This document shows, piece after piece, positions 28,835 to 37,695 of a stretch of DNA of 64,000 bases. The stretch comes from an uncultured Gammaproteobacteria bacterium (GTDB taxonomy: Bacteria; Patescibacteriota; Microgenomatia; UBA8517; UBA10165), in assembly GCA_964472675.1 (NCBI GenBank), contig CAYYLO010000004.1, positions 1,602 to 65,601 of the forward strand, in the 5' to 3' direction. The translations under genes and the position numbers were made by a program. The notes below the pieces were generated by a model that worked only from the letters and a program-made list of their open reading frames with translations, did not search any database and was not told where the DNA came from. How positions within the stretch are numbered: the first letter of the stretch is position 1; each line of letters begins with the position of its first letter.

Positions 28835-29179
28835 ATGGATAGAAAGTATGGGGGGGTTATTTGGACTAACCACGCAATGCAGCGTTTGACAGAGCGTGGC
28901 ATAAGTCCAGGCGACGCTTTGGCTACCTGGAGAAATCCTGACCAGTCCCGTCCGGCAACTGCGCGAAATTCCTGGATATATTATAAAACGTATGGAAGTG
29001 AAAAAATTGAAGTCGTTGCTTCTAAGAACGACAAGGGAGAGGCTGTCATACTTTCAGTATGGTCCAGACCTGTTTATTCAAATGCAGGCTATCGATCTGG
29101 TTCCGCATTGGGAGTCTGGGATCGTGTTTTAGAGGTGATACTTAAGGCGCTTTTCGGTTGGCTTAGAAAGTCCTCCTGA
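28835..29179 (+). CDS. DUF4258 domain protein
   Basis: N-terminal TNHAMQRLTERGIS is the DUF4258 signature. Confidence 0.55.
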   Translation: MDRKYGGVIWTNHAMQRLTERGISPGDALATWRNPDQSRPATARNSWIYYKTYGSEKIEVVASKNDKGEAVILSVWSRPVYSNAGYRSGSALGVWDRVLEVILKALFGWLRKSS

Positions 29180-29193
29180 TTCAAGAGTTGTCT

Positions 29194-30324
29194 TCATGCG
29201 GTTTCAGCAACAGCTTCAGCAACAGCTTTTGCCAAGCCCTTATCAAAAGGTCCGGGGATTATTTTTTCTCTGGTTGGATTTTTGACAAGTTTGCTTAATG
29301 CTGTCGCGGCAGCCTTTTTCATGTCCTGAGATATTGTGTTTGCTCCGACTGATAATGCCCCTTTAAAAATTCCCGGAAAGGCAAGGCTATTGTTTATTTG
29401 GTTGGCAAAATCTGATCTGCCGGTAGCGACAACATATGCGCCTGCCTTCTTTGCCCGATCCGGCATTATTTCGGGGTTAGGGTTTGCCATAGCAAAGATT
29501 ACTGGCTTGTTACCCATGAGCTTAATGTCATTTTCTTTAACGATATTTGCTGTGGAGACGCCTATTAATGCATCTGCCCCCATCAATGCGTCTTGTAAGC
29601 TGCCTGATAAATTTTGTTTGTTTGTAACTTTTGCCAGTTTTTGTTTATAAGCTTCTAAGCCCTTTCTGCTTTTTGAGATAATACCTTTGCTGTCAACACA
29701 AATAATGTTCGAAACTTCATCTTTTATTAGATAAACTATGCCAGATCCGGCTGCCCCGCTTCCCAAAATGACAACTTTTAAATTTTTCAATTTTTTACCT
29801 GTGACTATTGCAGCGTTTATTAATCCTGCCAGGACTACAACAGCAGTGCCATGTTGATCATCATGCATAACCGGAATTCCCAAACTTTGGAGTTTTTCTT
29901 CAACTTCAAAACAGCGCGGAGCGGCAATGTCTTCCAAGTTTATAGCCCCGAATACTGGTGAAATGTTTTTTACTGTTGCAACAATTTCGTCAACGTTTTG
30001 CGTTGTAAGGCAAACTGGAAAAGCGTCTAAATTAGCAAAAGTCTTAAAAAGTGCAGCTTTACCTTCCATAACTGGAAGAGCTGCTTCAGGCCCAATGTTG
30101 CCTAACCCCAGGACCGCGGATCCGTCGGTTACAATGCCTACAGTATGTCCTTTTATTGTATAGTCGAAAACTTTTTTCTTGTTTTTGGCGATTTCTTTTG
30201 AGGCTTCGGCAACTCCCGGGGTATAAGCCAAAGACAAATCGGCACGGTTTTTGACAGGGGAGATGACTAGTGTTCCAATTTTGCCTTTGTGTTTTTTGTG
30301 ATATTTTAACGCGTCGTTTATCAT
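29194..30324 (-). CDS. maeA: NAD(P)-dependent malic enzyme, short bacterial/archaeal form
   Basis: LSLAYTPGVAE, VVTDGSAVLGLGNIGP and the NAD-binding GSGAAGSGI motif. ATG at 30324 is preferred. Confidence 0.85.
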   Translation of the reverse strand: MINDALKYHKKHKGKIGTLVISPVKNRADLSLAYTPGVAEASKEIAKNKKKVFDYTIKGHTVGIVTDGSAVLGLGNIGPEAALPVMEGKAALFKTFANLDAFPVCLTTQNVDEIVATVKNISPVFGAINLEDIAAPRCFEVEEKLQSLGIPVMHDDQHGTAVVVLAGLINAAIVTGKKLKNLKVVILGSGAAGSGIVYLIKDEVSNIICVDSKGIISKSRKGLEAYKQKLAKVTNKQNLSGSLQDALMGADALIGVSTANIVKENDIKLMGNKPVIFAMANPNPEIMPDRAKKAGAYVVATGRSDFANQINNSLAFPGIFKGALSVGANTISQDMKKAAATALSKLVKNPTREKIIPGPFDKGLAKAVAEAVAETA

Positions 30325-30334
30325 AAAAAGAATT

Positions 30335-31453
30335 TTAATTTTTGTTTTTAGCAAAAACAAGCGCCGAAAGAAGCGTGGTAATCGGGACTGCCATTACTAA
30401 TCCAATGCTGGCAACAAGGGTTCTGACAATTTCTGTGGCAATGAGTTCATAGTTTATAACTTCTGAAAATGGTTTCGGACTATCAATAAAAAGCAGGAGG
30501 AGAGGTAAGGCAGCTGATGCATAAACAAGGACTAAAGTGTTAACAACCGAAGCAATATGGTCGCGCCCTATTTTCATTGCCCGATTGTATAAATCTATAA
30601 ACTTTGACTTAGGAGCGGCTTCTTTTAATTGTGCGACAATTGCTGCCTGAGAGATAGTAACGTCGTCCAATATTCCCAATCCCCCAATAATAATTCCTGC
30701 CAGCAACAACCCTTTTATGTTGATTGATGTAGAGTTTATAGTTTGCAGATAACTTGCCTCTTCTGAGGCAAAACCGGTAAGATTGGTAACTTCAACAAAT
30801 ATTTCTGCTAGAAGGCCGGTTATTATTAGCGCAGCAATTGTTCCCCCAATAGCTATTGTAGTTTTTTTATTTAAACCGTGAGAAAGGTAAAATGTTGTTG
30901 GCACAATTGCCAGAGCCGCAATAGTTGCAATCATAATAGGATCTTGACCTTGCATGATTTGTGGCAATATGAATTTAAAAATGACTACAAACGATAAAGC
31001 CATTCCGACCAGGGAGGACAACCCATGCCATCTTCCAACCAAAATTGCAATAATCACAAAAATTACAAAGAGCAGCAATAAACCATCCCGTCTGACATAA
31101 TCGGCAATATAATAACTATCTGCACCCTGATAATTTTTACTGTAATTAACAATCAATTTATCATTAACTTTATATCTTTGAGGGTTAGCAACAGGAACAT
31201 TGCCGTTTTCAATTTTAACGACATTTCCTTTGCGGGGCCCGCTGGTTATTTCCATTTCCAGTTTTTGGTAGAGTTGTTCCGATCCGTTTTCTGTATTAAT
31301 ACTTTTCTCTTCTAAAACTTTGATTATTTTGGCTTCCATGGTTTGTTCGGAAGCAGTACTACTTTCTTGGGCGAAAGTAGTGATGGGCAAGAAAAAAGCA
31401 GCAACTAATAGAAACGTAAGGGTAAAAATGTTTAAGAAAAATTTGGTCTTCAT
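30335..31453 (-). CDS. YibE/F family membrane protein
   Basis: A signal peptide, then a periplasmic domain, then a 6-TM C-terminal half typical of YibE/F. Confidence 0.65.
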   Translation of the reverse strand: MKTKFFLNIFTLTFLLVAAFFLPITTFAQESSTASEQTMEAKIIKVLEEKSINTENGSEQLYQKLEMEITSGPRKGNVVKIENGNVPVANPQRYKVNDKLIVNYSKNYQGADSYYIADYVRRDGLLLLFVIFVIIAILVGRWHGLSSLVGMALSFVVIFKFILPQIMQGQDPIMIATIAALAIVPTTFYLSHGLNKKTTIAIGGTIAALIITGLLAEIFVEVTNLTGFASEEASYLQTINSTSINIKGLLLAGIIIGGLGILDDVTISQAAIVAQLKEAAPKSKFIDLYNRAMKIGRDHIASVVNTLVLVYASAALPLLLLFIDSPKPFSEVINYELIATEIVRTLVASIGLVMAVPITTLLSALVFAKNKN

Positions 31454-31842
31454 TTAACTTCGGGGTATCTGTCTGGCTGGGAACGGTAGTAATCTGCCCA
31501 TTCGGAATCGTCTGGAACCTCGACTGTTTCTATATACGTTCTGTCGTTAAAGGCTCCTGCCTTTTGAGCTTTTTGGGCCCTTAGTTTTTCAAGTTGTTCG
31601 GGAGTAATGCCGGCAAGCTCACACATAAGATTAACTAACTCCTGAATATCAGCCAGTTCTCCAGGGATCTCTTTTCCTGAAGCTGCGTTTAATTCTCTTA
31701 CCTCTTCTAAAAGTTTTGTCCGTGCGGCATCTAACATTTCTATGTCGGACAATGTTCTCGACTTAACAGTTCCACCATTGCCAACGATTTTGTCCACAAT
31801 TCCATCTCTGACCAACTTATCAAATCTAAATTTTGCCATCAT
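31450..31842 (-). CDS. MazG-like/phosphoribosyl-ATP pyrophosphohydrolase-like NTP pyrophosphatase
   Basis: All-alpha EExxE-type motif region LEEVRELNAA...ELADIQELVNLMCEL. Confidence 0.65.
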   Translation of the reverse strand: MMAKFRFDKLVRDGIVDKIVGNGGTVKSRTLSDIEMLDAARTKLLEEVRELNAASGKEIPGELADIQELVNLMCELAGITPEQLEKLRAQKAQKAGAFNDRTYIETVEVPDDSEWADYYRSQPDRYPEVK

Positions 31843-31926
31843 GTTGGGCTAATTGTACAATACGAAGAGTGCAAATGCTTTGGGCGGTTGGTTTAACGTA
31901 ACGTAAGTTCCGGCGAATATCTTCTA

Positions 31927-31935
31927 TGGTATAAT
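31927..31935 (+). promoter_or_regulatory. Extended -10 element TGgTATAAT 6 nt before the hicB ATG, implying a leaderless hicBA transcript
   Basis: tggtataat at 31927-31935; ATG at 31942. Confidence 0.4.
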
Positions 31936-31941
31936 TCTAAT

Positions 31942-32217
31942 ATGAAGCAAAGTATTGCCAATTACACTGTTGTTATAGAAAAAGAAAAAAGGCTTGGCAC
32001 GAACAAGGAATGTTATAGTGCTGTGGTGCCTGTGCTAGGTGTCGCAACCGAAGCGGATACTCTTGACCGTGTACAAAAGGACATTCAAGCTCTCGTGCAA
32101 TTCCACATAGAGTCTTTGTCGGAGGAAGGGGAAACCATTCCTGTTGAAAGCAAACAGTCTTTTGTGACAAAAATCGAAGCGTTTCTACCCAAGAAAACAC
32201 ACCTTGCTGTTTCATGA
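31942..32217 (+). CDS. hicB: HicB-family antitoxin (UPF0150)
   Basis: YTVVIEKE...YSAVVPVLGVATEADTLDRVQKDIQALVQFHIESLSEEGETIP follows the HicB RNase-H-like fold pattern. It overlaps hicA by 4 nt. Confidence 0.7.
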   Translation: MKQSIANYTVVIEKEKRLGTNKECYSAVVPVLGVATEADTLDRVQKDIQALVQFHIESLSEEGETIPVESKQSFVTKIEAFLPKKTHLAVS

Positions 32218-32444
32218 GCAAACTTCCTCAGATCAAACCTCGTATTTTGGTGAAGTTCTTTCTAAAACAAGGTTTTCAAGTAAGCAGGCAAGTGGGTTCT
32301 CATGTTAGGCTGGTGCATCCAAAAGGGAGTAAGATTACTATAGCTGTCCATAATAAGCCAATTGCTCCTGGCACATTAAGTTCTATTTTGAAGCAAGCCC
32401 AAATGGATAAAGAGACTTTTGTCAAACTCTTCAAAAAAGCTTAG
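32214..32444 (+). CDS. hicA: HicA-family mRNA interferase toxin
   Basis: GFQVSRQVGSHVRLVHP...IAPGTLSSILKQA matches the HicA dsRBD-like signature with its catalytic His. Confidence 0.75.
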   Translation: MSKLPQIKPRILVKFFLKQGFQVSRQVGSHVRLVHPKGSKITIAVHNKPIAPGTLSSILKQAQMDKETFVKLFKKA

Positions 32445-32477
32445 AAAATATTCTAAGGAAGAGAAAGTTTCAAAGGC

Positions 32478-32711
32478 TTAAGAAGTTGATTGCAGGATCT
32501 TTTTGGCTTTTTCAAGATCCTTCTTTGAGACTTTGAGTTGTGCTCCAAAAGAATAAGCTGGAAATTGATGTACGCCCCCTGCATCGTCTGCTTCTATCTC
32601 TGCAGTTGTCCCGTTTACTTCTAGAAATCCTTTGGCAATTTCAGCTTCCAATCGAGTAGGATAGCTAGTTACAGCGACAAGCTCTGCCATATGTGCAGTA
32701 TACCAAAACAC
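32478..32711 (-). CDS. DUF2007 domain protein
   Basis: 77 aa with an N-terminal beta-alpha-beta unit (VAVTSYPTRLEAEIAKGFLEVNG). Confidence 0.5.
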   Translation of the reverse strand: MFWYTAHMAELVAVTSYPTRLEAEIAKGFLEVNGTTAEIEADDAGGVHQFPAYSFGAQLKVSKKDLEKAKKILQSTS

Positions 32712-32771
32712 TGTATTCCATTTTGACCATTAACCTCCCGATCGAGAGGTTAATGTCCCAGTTAGAATCTT

Positions 32772-33698
32772 TTAGGGATTAACCCATTCGGGTTGGGCGA
32801 AGGAGGACATATAGATGGGTAGCTTTTCAATATTGGTTAGACTACCGTTTTTGTAAGTTAAGCGAATGGCTAAACCTTTCTTAGTTTCTTCACTCCAGGC
32901 TTGGTCAAAAATAAAATTACCCAAAGAATAAAAAACTGGTTTGCCGCCGATTGTATCTATATCCTGCACCCAATGAGGATGCGCGCCAACAATAACATCT
33001 GCTCCTGCGTTTACAAATTCCTTAGCAATTTGTTTTTGCTGAGCGTTCGGGTGGGCTTTATATTCAACTCCCCAGTGGACCATAACAAATAAGATATCAA
33101 CATTTCTTTTTGAATTTTTAATCAATTCGTAGTCTGAAGGTTTTGGTTGGTAGTCAACATAATCAAAACCCAAAAAGCCCAACTTTTTTCCGTTGATTTC
33201 TTTAATAGCCAGGTTGTCTGCGCCAACGTAATCAATACCTGTGTCTTTTAAGTACTTTTTTGTTTGGGCAATTCCTTCCTGTCCATAATTTGCAGCATGG
33301 TTATTGGCAATGCTGGCAACATCAACTCCAGCAAAGCTTAAACCTGCAACCATTTTTGGGTCAGCGCAAAATTTAAATCCACTATCATGTTTGGGGCAGT
33401 TGGCAACAATTGGATTTTCCAAATTTCCAAAAACAAGATCCGCACTTTTAAGTACATCTGCCACTTTTTCAAAAGGGTAGTGGGGGTTGTTTTTGGAGAG
33501 GCTTGTTGTCATAACGCTTCTCCCAAGCATGATGTCTCCTGTTAATAAAATAGTTGTGTCGTTGCTGCTAATATTTAAGCTAGTTGTTTTGAAAAGAGGA
33601 AATTTTTTAGGTATTGATGTGGCTTGGGGCTTAAAAGTAAAAACCGTGATTCCAATAAGTGAAGTTGTTATTGTAAAAACAAAGAGCCACTTCTTCAT
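32772..33698 (-). CDS. CapA/PGA_cap family metallophosphatase (poly-gamma-glutamate capsule biosynthesis-like)
   Basis: ADLVFGNLENPI, GADVIVGAHPHWVQ and MVHWGVEY calcineurin-like motifs; N-terminal TM helix. Confidence 0.8.
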   Translation of the reverse strand: MKKWLFVFTITTSLIGITVFTFKPQATSIPKKFPLFKTTSLNISSNDTTILLTGDIMLGRSVMTTSLSKNNPHYPFEKVADVLKSADLVFGNLENPIVANCPKHDSGFKFCADPKMVAGLSFAGVDVASIANNHAANYGQEGIAQTKKYLKDTGIDYVGADNLAIKEINGKKLGFLGFDYVDYQPKPSDYELIKNSKRNVDILFVMVHWGVEYKAHPNAQQKQIAKEFVNAGADVIVGAHPHWVQDIDTIGGKPVFYSLGNFIFDQAWSEETKKGLAIRLTYKNGSLTNIEKLPIYMSSFAQPEWVNP

Positions 33699-33766
33699 GT
33701 CTCAAGTATATCAATATTAGTGTCGCTGGCTCGAGTGTATGGGAATCTTGACCAGACCACGATAAT

Positions 33767-34504
33767 CTAAATAATTTTTTTCAGTAGTATCTGCCTTTGC
33801 ACTTGAACGTTTCTAGAGTTTGTAGAGAGGTCAAGGTCAATGTTAACGCCAGACACGATACCTAGTCTTAATCGTATCGTGTAAACAATATTGTCTATTG
33901 CTGTAACTCTAAAGGGCACTACGTTACTTTTATTGAAAATACGTTTTGTTATGCTTTCAATTTCTTCACAGGTCAGTTTTGTATCTATATCTACATGAAT
34001 ATGCGGCAACCAATAGGGAAGCCATTTGTCGCTTGTGTCCGTAACTGGAAGAAGTTCTATTAGTGGATCGTTCCAGTAGTCAGTATTACCAATAAAGTAC
34101 CACTTTGCTTGATCGTTTGAATTTTCCTCATACAAATGCCAGTTGCTGTCAGACACGTTATTTGTTAGCGTTTGTCTTTCTTGTGTTTGAGAATCTGTTT
34201 TGTAGCAAAAACCAATGTGATTGAGGCTTACTACTGCATCCCTTTGCGATAAGTCTTGAATAAGAGTCTCAATAGGTTCAAAGCTAACAAAGTCGTCTTT
34301 CAGAGAAGACTTGTATTCAAATATTTTCTCAATTTCCAAGTTAATGGGAAAAACTAGTTGGCTGGAAATGGTACTTAGAAGAGTTTTGTTATCTGTGGCA
34401 AGAATCGCAATCTCGTCGTCTTTTACAAATGATTCTAATTGTCTATTTAAAGAGAGTAACTTGAATATTTCCTTTAGCTTATCTACCATTTTGCCTGCTT
34501 CCAC
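33767..34504 (-). CDS. Hypothetical protein
   Basis: 245-aa ORF; no confident family. Confidence 0.45.
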   Translation of the reverse strand: MEAGKMVDKLKEIFKLLSLNRQLESFVKDDEIAILATDNKTLLSTISSQLVFPINLEIEKIFEYKSSLKDDFVSFEPIETLIQDLSQRDAVVSLNHIGFCYKTDSQTQERQTLTNNVSDSNWHLYEENSNDQAKWYFIGNTDYWNDPLIELLPVTDTSDKWLPYWLPHIHVDIDTKLTCEEIESITKRIFNKSNVVPFRVTAIDNIVYTIRLRLGIVSGVNIDLDLSTNSRNVQVQRQILLKKII

Positions 34505-34694
34505 AAAGTAAATATACCACCTTAATTGCAGATAATCCTGAGTGTAGTCGAAGGGCTGGCCGTTTACGAAAAATGTCGAACGTCATTTGATTAGCTCCAG
34601 CGCGGGGCCCCAACCCGCCGCGTCTCCGAAACTATTGGACTGTATTCCAGCCTAATTACAGTTTTTCATTAGTACTTAATCATAATCAAGGTTT

Positions 34695-35381
34695 TTAGTT
34701 TTTGGGCAATTTAGCACCTTTAACCACAAGCCAAGCTAAAAAGATTACTTCGCCAAAAGTCATGATTTGAAGTGTTGACATCAATGCTGCAAAGTTTGGC
34801 AAAAGTAATTTCATAAAAGAATCGAGTGTATAACCTATGCCCCCGATTACCACCACTATACCTATGATTTTAGGAAAATAACCGGACTTATAAATCAAAA
34901 TCCCGAGCGGAAAAAGCCAGAGGCCCCAAAATATGGAGGCAATTACAATTCCTTGTGCGTGCAAATTAAGAAAAAACATCATTTGTTGTGGGTCATTTAA
35001 GAGCTGAAAAGCAGCAAGATTATTAAGTTCATTTAGCATCGCAATTGGAACACTGATTAAAGCAAATACGATCATGATCAATGGATAGATTTTGTTAACT
35101 GTCGCAAGTAACCTGTACAAAAATATTGCAGCGAAGATAAAGATAAGTTGAGTTATCAGACCTCCAACAATACCTGCTCTGAAAAGAAATTCATTAGATA
35201 TGATATTTTTAGCTGTTGTGGCAGCATCACCTTGCACAATAAGAGTAGTGGGAATATATATGATGCTAAAAAATCCAAATACTATCCAAATTGGATATAG
35301 TATCCTCAAAAAAGTTAGCGAGCTTTGTTGCGACAGTTTTTCCATATTATTCACTTCTAGTTTTATGCCACTTCCAGGCAT
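34695..35381 (-). CDS. Integral membrane protein, DUF4386-like
   Basis: 6 TM helices. Confidence 0.45.
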   Translation of the reverse strand: MPGSGIKLEVNNMEKLSQQSSLTFLRILYPIWIVFGFFSIIYIPTTLIVQGDAATTAKNIISNEFLFRAGIVGGLITQLIFIFAAIFLYRLLATVNKIYPLIMIVFALISVPIAMLNELNNLAAFQLLNDPQQMMFFLNLHAQGIVIASIFWGLWLFPLGILIYKSGYFPKIIGIVVVIGGIGYTLDSFMKLLLPNFAALMSTLQIMTFGEVIFLAWLVVKGAKLPKN

Positions 35382-35763
35382 ACCAAACTATAAATGCAGT
35401 AGTTGTTATTTCTATAATGCTAAAAAAGATGTAGTAGATTGTTGGAGATCCCAAAAACAATGTAGCACTTTGTACAACAGTCATTATAAAGCCTGCAATT
35501 ATATTTGCCCATCGGTTTAACCTAAAAACCAAAATCCGAGATAAAAGAACCATAACCATCGGAAGTTCTACCAACATGGATGCTCCTAATAAAAATCCCT
35601 GCGACATCTCTATACCTTCAACCCTTCCGGTTAAAAATTGTTTGAGCAAATTTGCATCCATCAGCCCAACAACGTCACAGTAAAGATAATTAAGACTTGC
35701 AAATATCCACAAAGTAGAAAGAAGAGTTTTCCTGTCAATTTTTCCTATTTTTGCTTGAAGCAT
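35347..35763 (-). CDS. Integral membrane protein, 4 TM helices
   Basis: 138-aa ORF co-oriented with, and overlapping, the downstream membrane-protein gene. Confidence 0.45.
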   Translation of the reverse strand: MLQAKIGKIDRKTLLSTLWIFASLNYLYCDVVGLMDANLLKQFLTGRVEGIEMSQGFLLGASMLVELPMVMVLLSRILVFRLNRWANIIAGFIMTVVQSATLFLGSPTIYYIFFSIIEITTTAFIVWYAWKWHKTRSE

Positions 35764-35826
35764 TTCTTAGATTATAGCGTAATAAGTAATTGAGCTCATA
35801 GCAAATACGAGTCCGAATCCAAAGTG

Positions 35827-35897
35827 CTGCGGGACTAGGATTCGAACCTAGGTACCGGCTTTCAGAGAGCCGTGTCCTACCACTAGACGATCCCGCA
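35827..35897 (-). tRNA. tRNA-Gln, anticodon CUG (no encoded CCA)
   Basis: Cloverleaf folded by hand: acceptor UGCGGGA/UCCCGCA with U1-A72 and G73, which are bacterial Gln identity elements. D stem GUCU/GGAC, anticodon stem CGGCU/AGCCG, loop CUCUGAA, T stem CUAGG/CCUAG, T loop UUCGAAU. Confidence 0.85.
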
Positions 35898-35953
35898 TCG
35901 GCAGTGACATATTTTATCACTTTCAGCCTCACAAGGGTATGTTAAAATGAAAT

Positions 35954-36268
35954 ATGGCCAAATCAAAAGCAACACCCCTTACTCTGGATGCGCTTGAGAA
36001 AAGTCTTTTACCTCGAATGGAAGAAGTGATTGACGAGAGGATGGCAGTTTACAGCACACGCCTTGAAGAGCGAATAGAAGAAAAAATTGGCCAGATGGAA
36101 GACAAACTCAAAATTTACAGAAATGAAGTTCTAGAATTTAAGGATGAGGTCATAGGTGAAGTAAAGGGGCTTCGTGAGGAAGTTGCAGTTGCACTTCATC
36201 AATACGAACGCACAACAAAAAGAGTAGAGGATATTGAAAAACACCTCAACATCGATCCGATTGATTGA
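35954..36268 (+). CDS. Hypothetical coiled-coil protein
   Basis: 104 aa, rich in E/K/R heptads. Confidence 0.45.
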   Translation: MAKSKATPLTLDALEKSLLPRMEEVIDERMAVYSTRLEERIEEKIGQMEDKLKIYRNEVLEFKDEVIGEVKGLREEVAVALHQYERTTKRVEDIEKHLNIDPID

Positions 36269-36322
36269 TAACTTTGAGACTTTTCCCGTTCGACTACGCT
36301 TGGAGTCAGAATGACGCGGCTT

Positions 36323-36730
36323 TTAGGAGTTCTTTTTAAACTTGGAGAGCTTGAAGCCGCCGATTCCTATGCCCGCGAAGGCTGGGATTGCTAAAAATAG
36401 AGGGAATCCTGTTTCAGGAAGCGCTTGCCCACCTTTTGTTGTTGCAGGGCCTGTTGCAACTTCTGCAGGGGTAGGTGTGGGGGTTGGTGTTACACCCTCC
36501 GGCAAAGTAACAGTAGCACCAGGTTCAGCTGGAGTGGGTGTGCCTTGGATATTTAAAGATAGATTACTGTCATTAATACCAGTGGTAGTTTGGTCGGTTG
36601 TTCTATTGGCCAATATTCTATAACCTACAAACAATGCTAAAAGGACGAGAGTGGCACCAAGAACTGGAGGCCCATAGGTAGGCCAATAGTAAGTAATTCT
36701 TTCTCTTATTTTTTGGAATCTCTCTTCCAT
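36323..36730 (-). CDS. Small Pro/Thr-rich surface protein with a C-terminal LPXTG sortase sorting signal
   Basis: ...ALPETG-FPLFLAIPAFAGIGIGGF-KLSKFKKNS has the LPETG motif, a hydrophobic stretch and a basic tail in that order. An N-terminal TM/signal helix is also present. Confidence 0.6.
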   Translation of the reverse strand: MEERFQKIRERITYYWPTYGPPVLGATLVLLALFVGYRILANRTTDQTTTGINDSNLSLNIQGTPTPAEPGATVTLPEGVTPTPTPTPAEVATGPATTKGGQALPETGFPLFLAIPAFAGIGIGGFKLSKFKKNS

Positions 36731-36851
36731 AGGTTGTAACTGTAATGGAGCAGATCAGGAGGCAGGGCTATTCGTAAACTATTGGTATTATACGGCAAGT
36801 TTATAAGATTGCAAGAGGTGATGTCAAGTAGTAATATACTAGGGGTCCAAG

Positions 36852-37559
36852 TTGGAAAAAACTTTAAAAATTGGTTACTATGATATTGCAGTGTTTACAC
36901 GACTTCCCTGGTTTTTGCCTCCTATATTAGTTTTTGCAGCTTTATTCGTACTTTTTAATACTACAACCAATAAATCCGGTTCTATTATTTCCGGTTGTGG
37001 ATTTTCCAACGTTTCTGGCGATTTTGTCTCCAGTCAGACTGCCTACTTTGAGGGCAACAAGGTTTCTGCTCCAAAGCAAGATAACAACATCAAATTAGCC
37101 AAAGTGTTAGGGGCAGAGACAGGAGGGGAAAAATGGATTGAGGTTAATTTAACGGAGCAAAAGTTAATTGCTCATGAGGGCGATAAAGTATTTTTAGAAA
37201 CTAAAATATCTTCAGGCTTTCCCTGGACACCAACTCCGGAGGGAGAATTTACGATCTGGGGTAAGTTCCGCTATACCAAAATGGAGGGTGGATCTGGCAA
37301 ATATTACTATTATTTACCCAACGTTCCTTACGTTATGTTTTTTGAAAATTCTGATGTTGTAGCCAAAAGTGGTTATGGCTTGCATGGAACCTATTGGCAT
37401 AGCGACTTTGGTAAACCGCGTAGCCATGGCTGTGTGAACTTGCCCACATCTATTGCTCAGCAATTGTTTTACTGGACTGGACCGGTTTTACCTTCAGATA
37501 AGGGTACGGTTCGGGCAGGCCCCAATAATCCAGGAACCCGTATTGTCATCCACAAGTGA
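36852..37559 (+). CDS. L,D-transpeptidase (YkuD domain) protein
   Basis: The catalytic HGCVNLP motif (with preceding SHGC) and an N-terminal TM helix. Confidence 0.8.
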   Translation: MEKTLKIGYYDIAVFTRLPWFLPPILVFAALFVLFNTTTNKSGSIISGCGFSNVSGDFVSSQTAYFEGNKVSAPKQDNNIKLAKVLGAETGGEKWIEVNLTEQKLIAHEGDKVFLETKISSGFPWTPTPEGEFTIWGKFRYTKMEGGSGKYYYYLPNVPYVMFFENSDVVAKSGYGLHGTYWHSDFGKPRSHGCVNLPTSIAQQLFYWTGPVLPSDKGTVRAGPNNPGTRIVIHK

Positions 37560-37695
37560 GAACTTTCTTAAGCGTGATATACTATAGTATAGAGTATAGA
37601 GTAAGGTCGAAGTTGGCCTCTTTAGCAAAACAAACGTTGGTTGACAAGTAGCAGTCGCCGTGTTAGACTGCTAGCCACAATCTTTAAACTGCACT

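Noticed and set aside
35735-35932. 65-aa ORF on the minus strand
   Set aside because: It overlaps tRNA-Gln completely.
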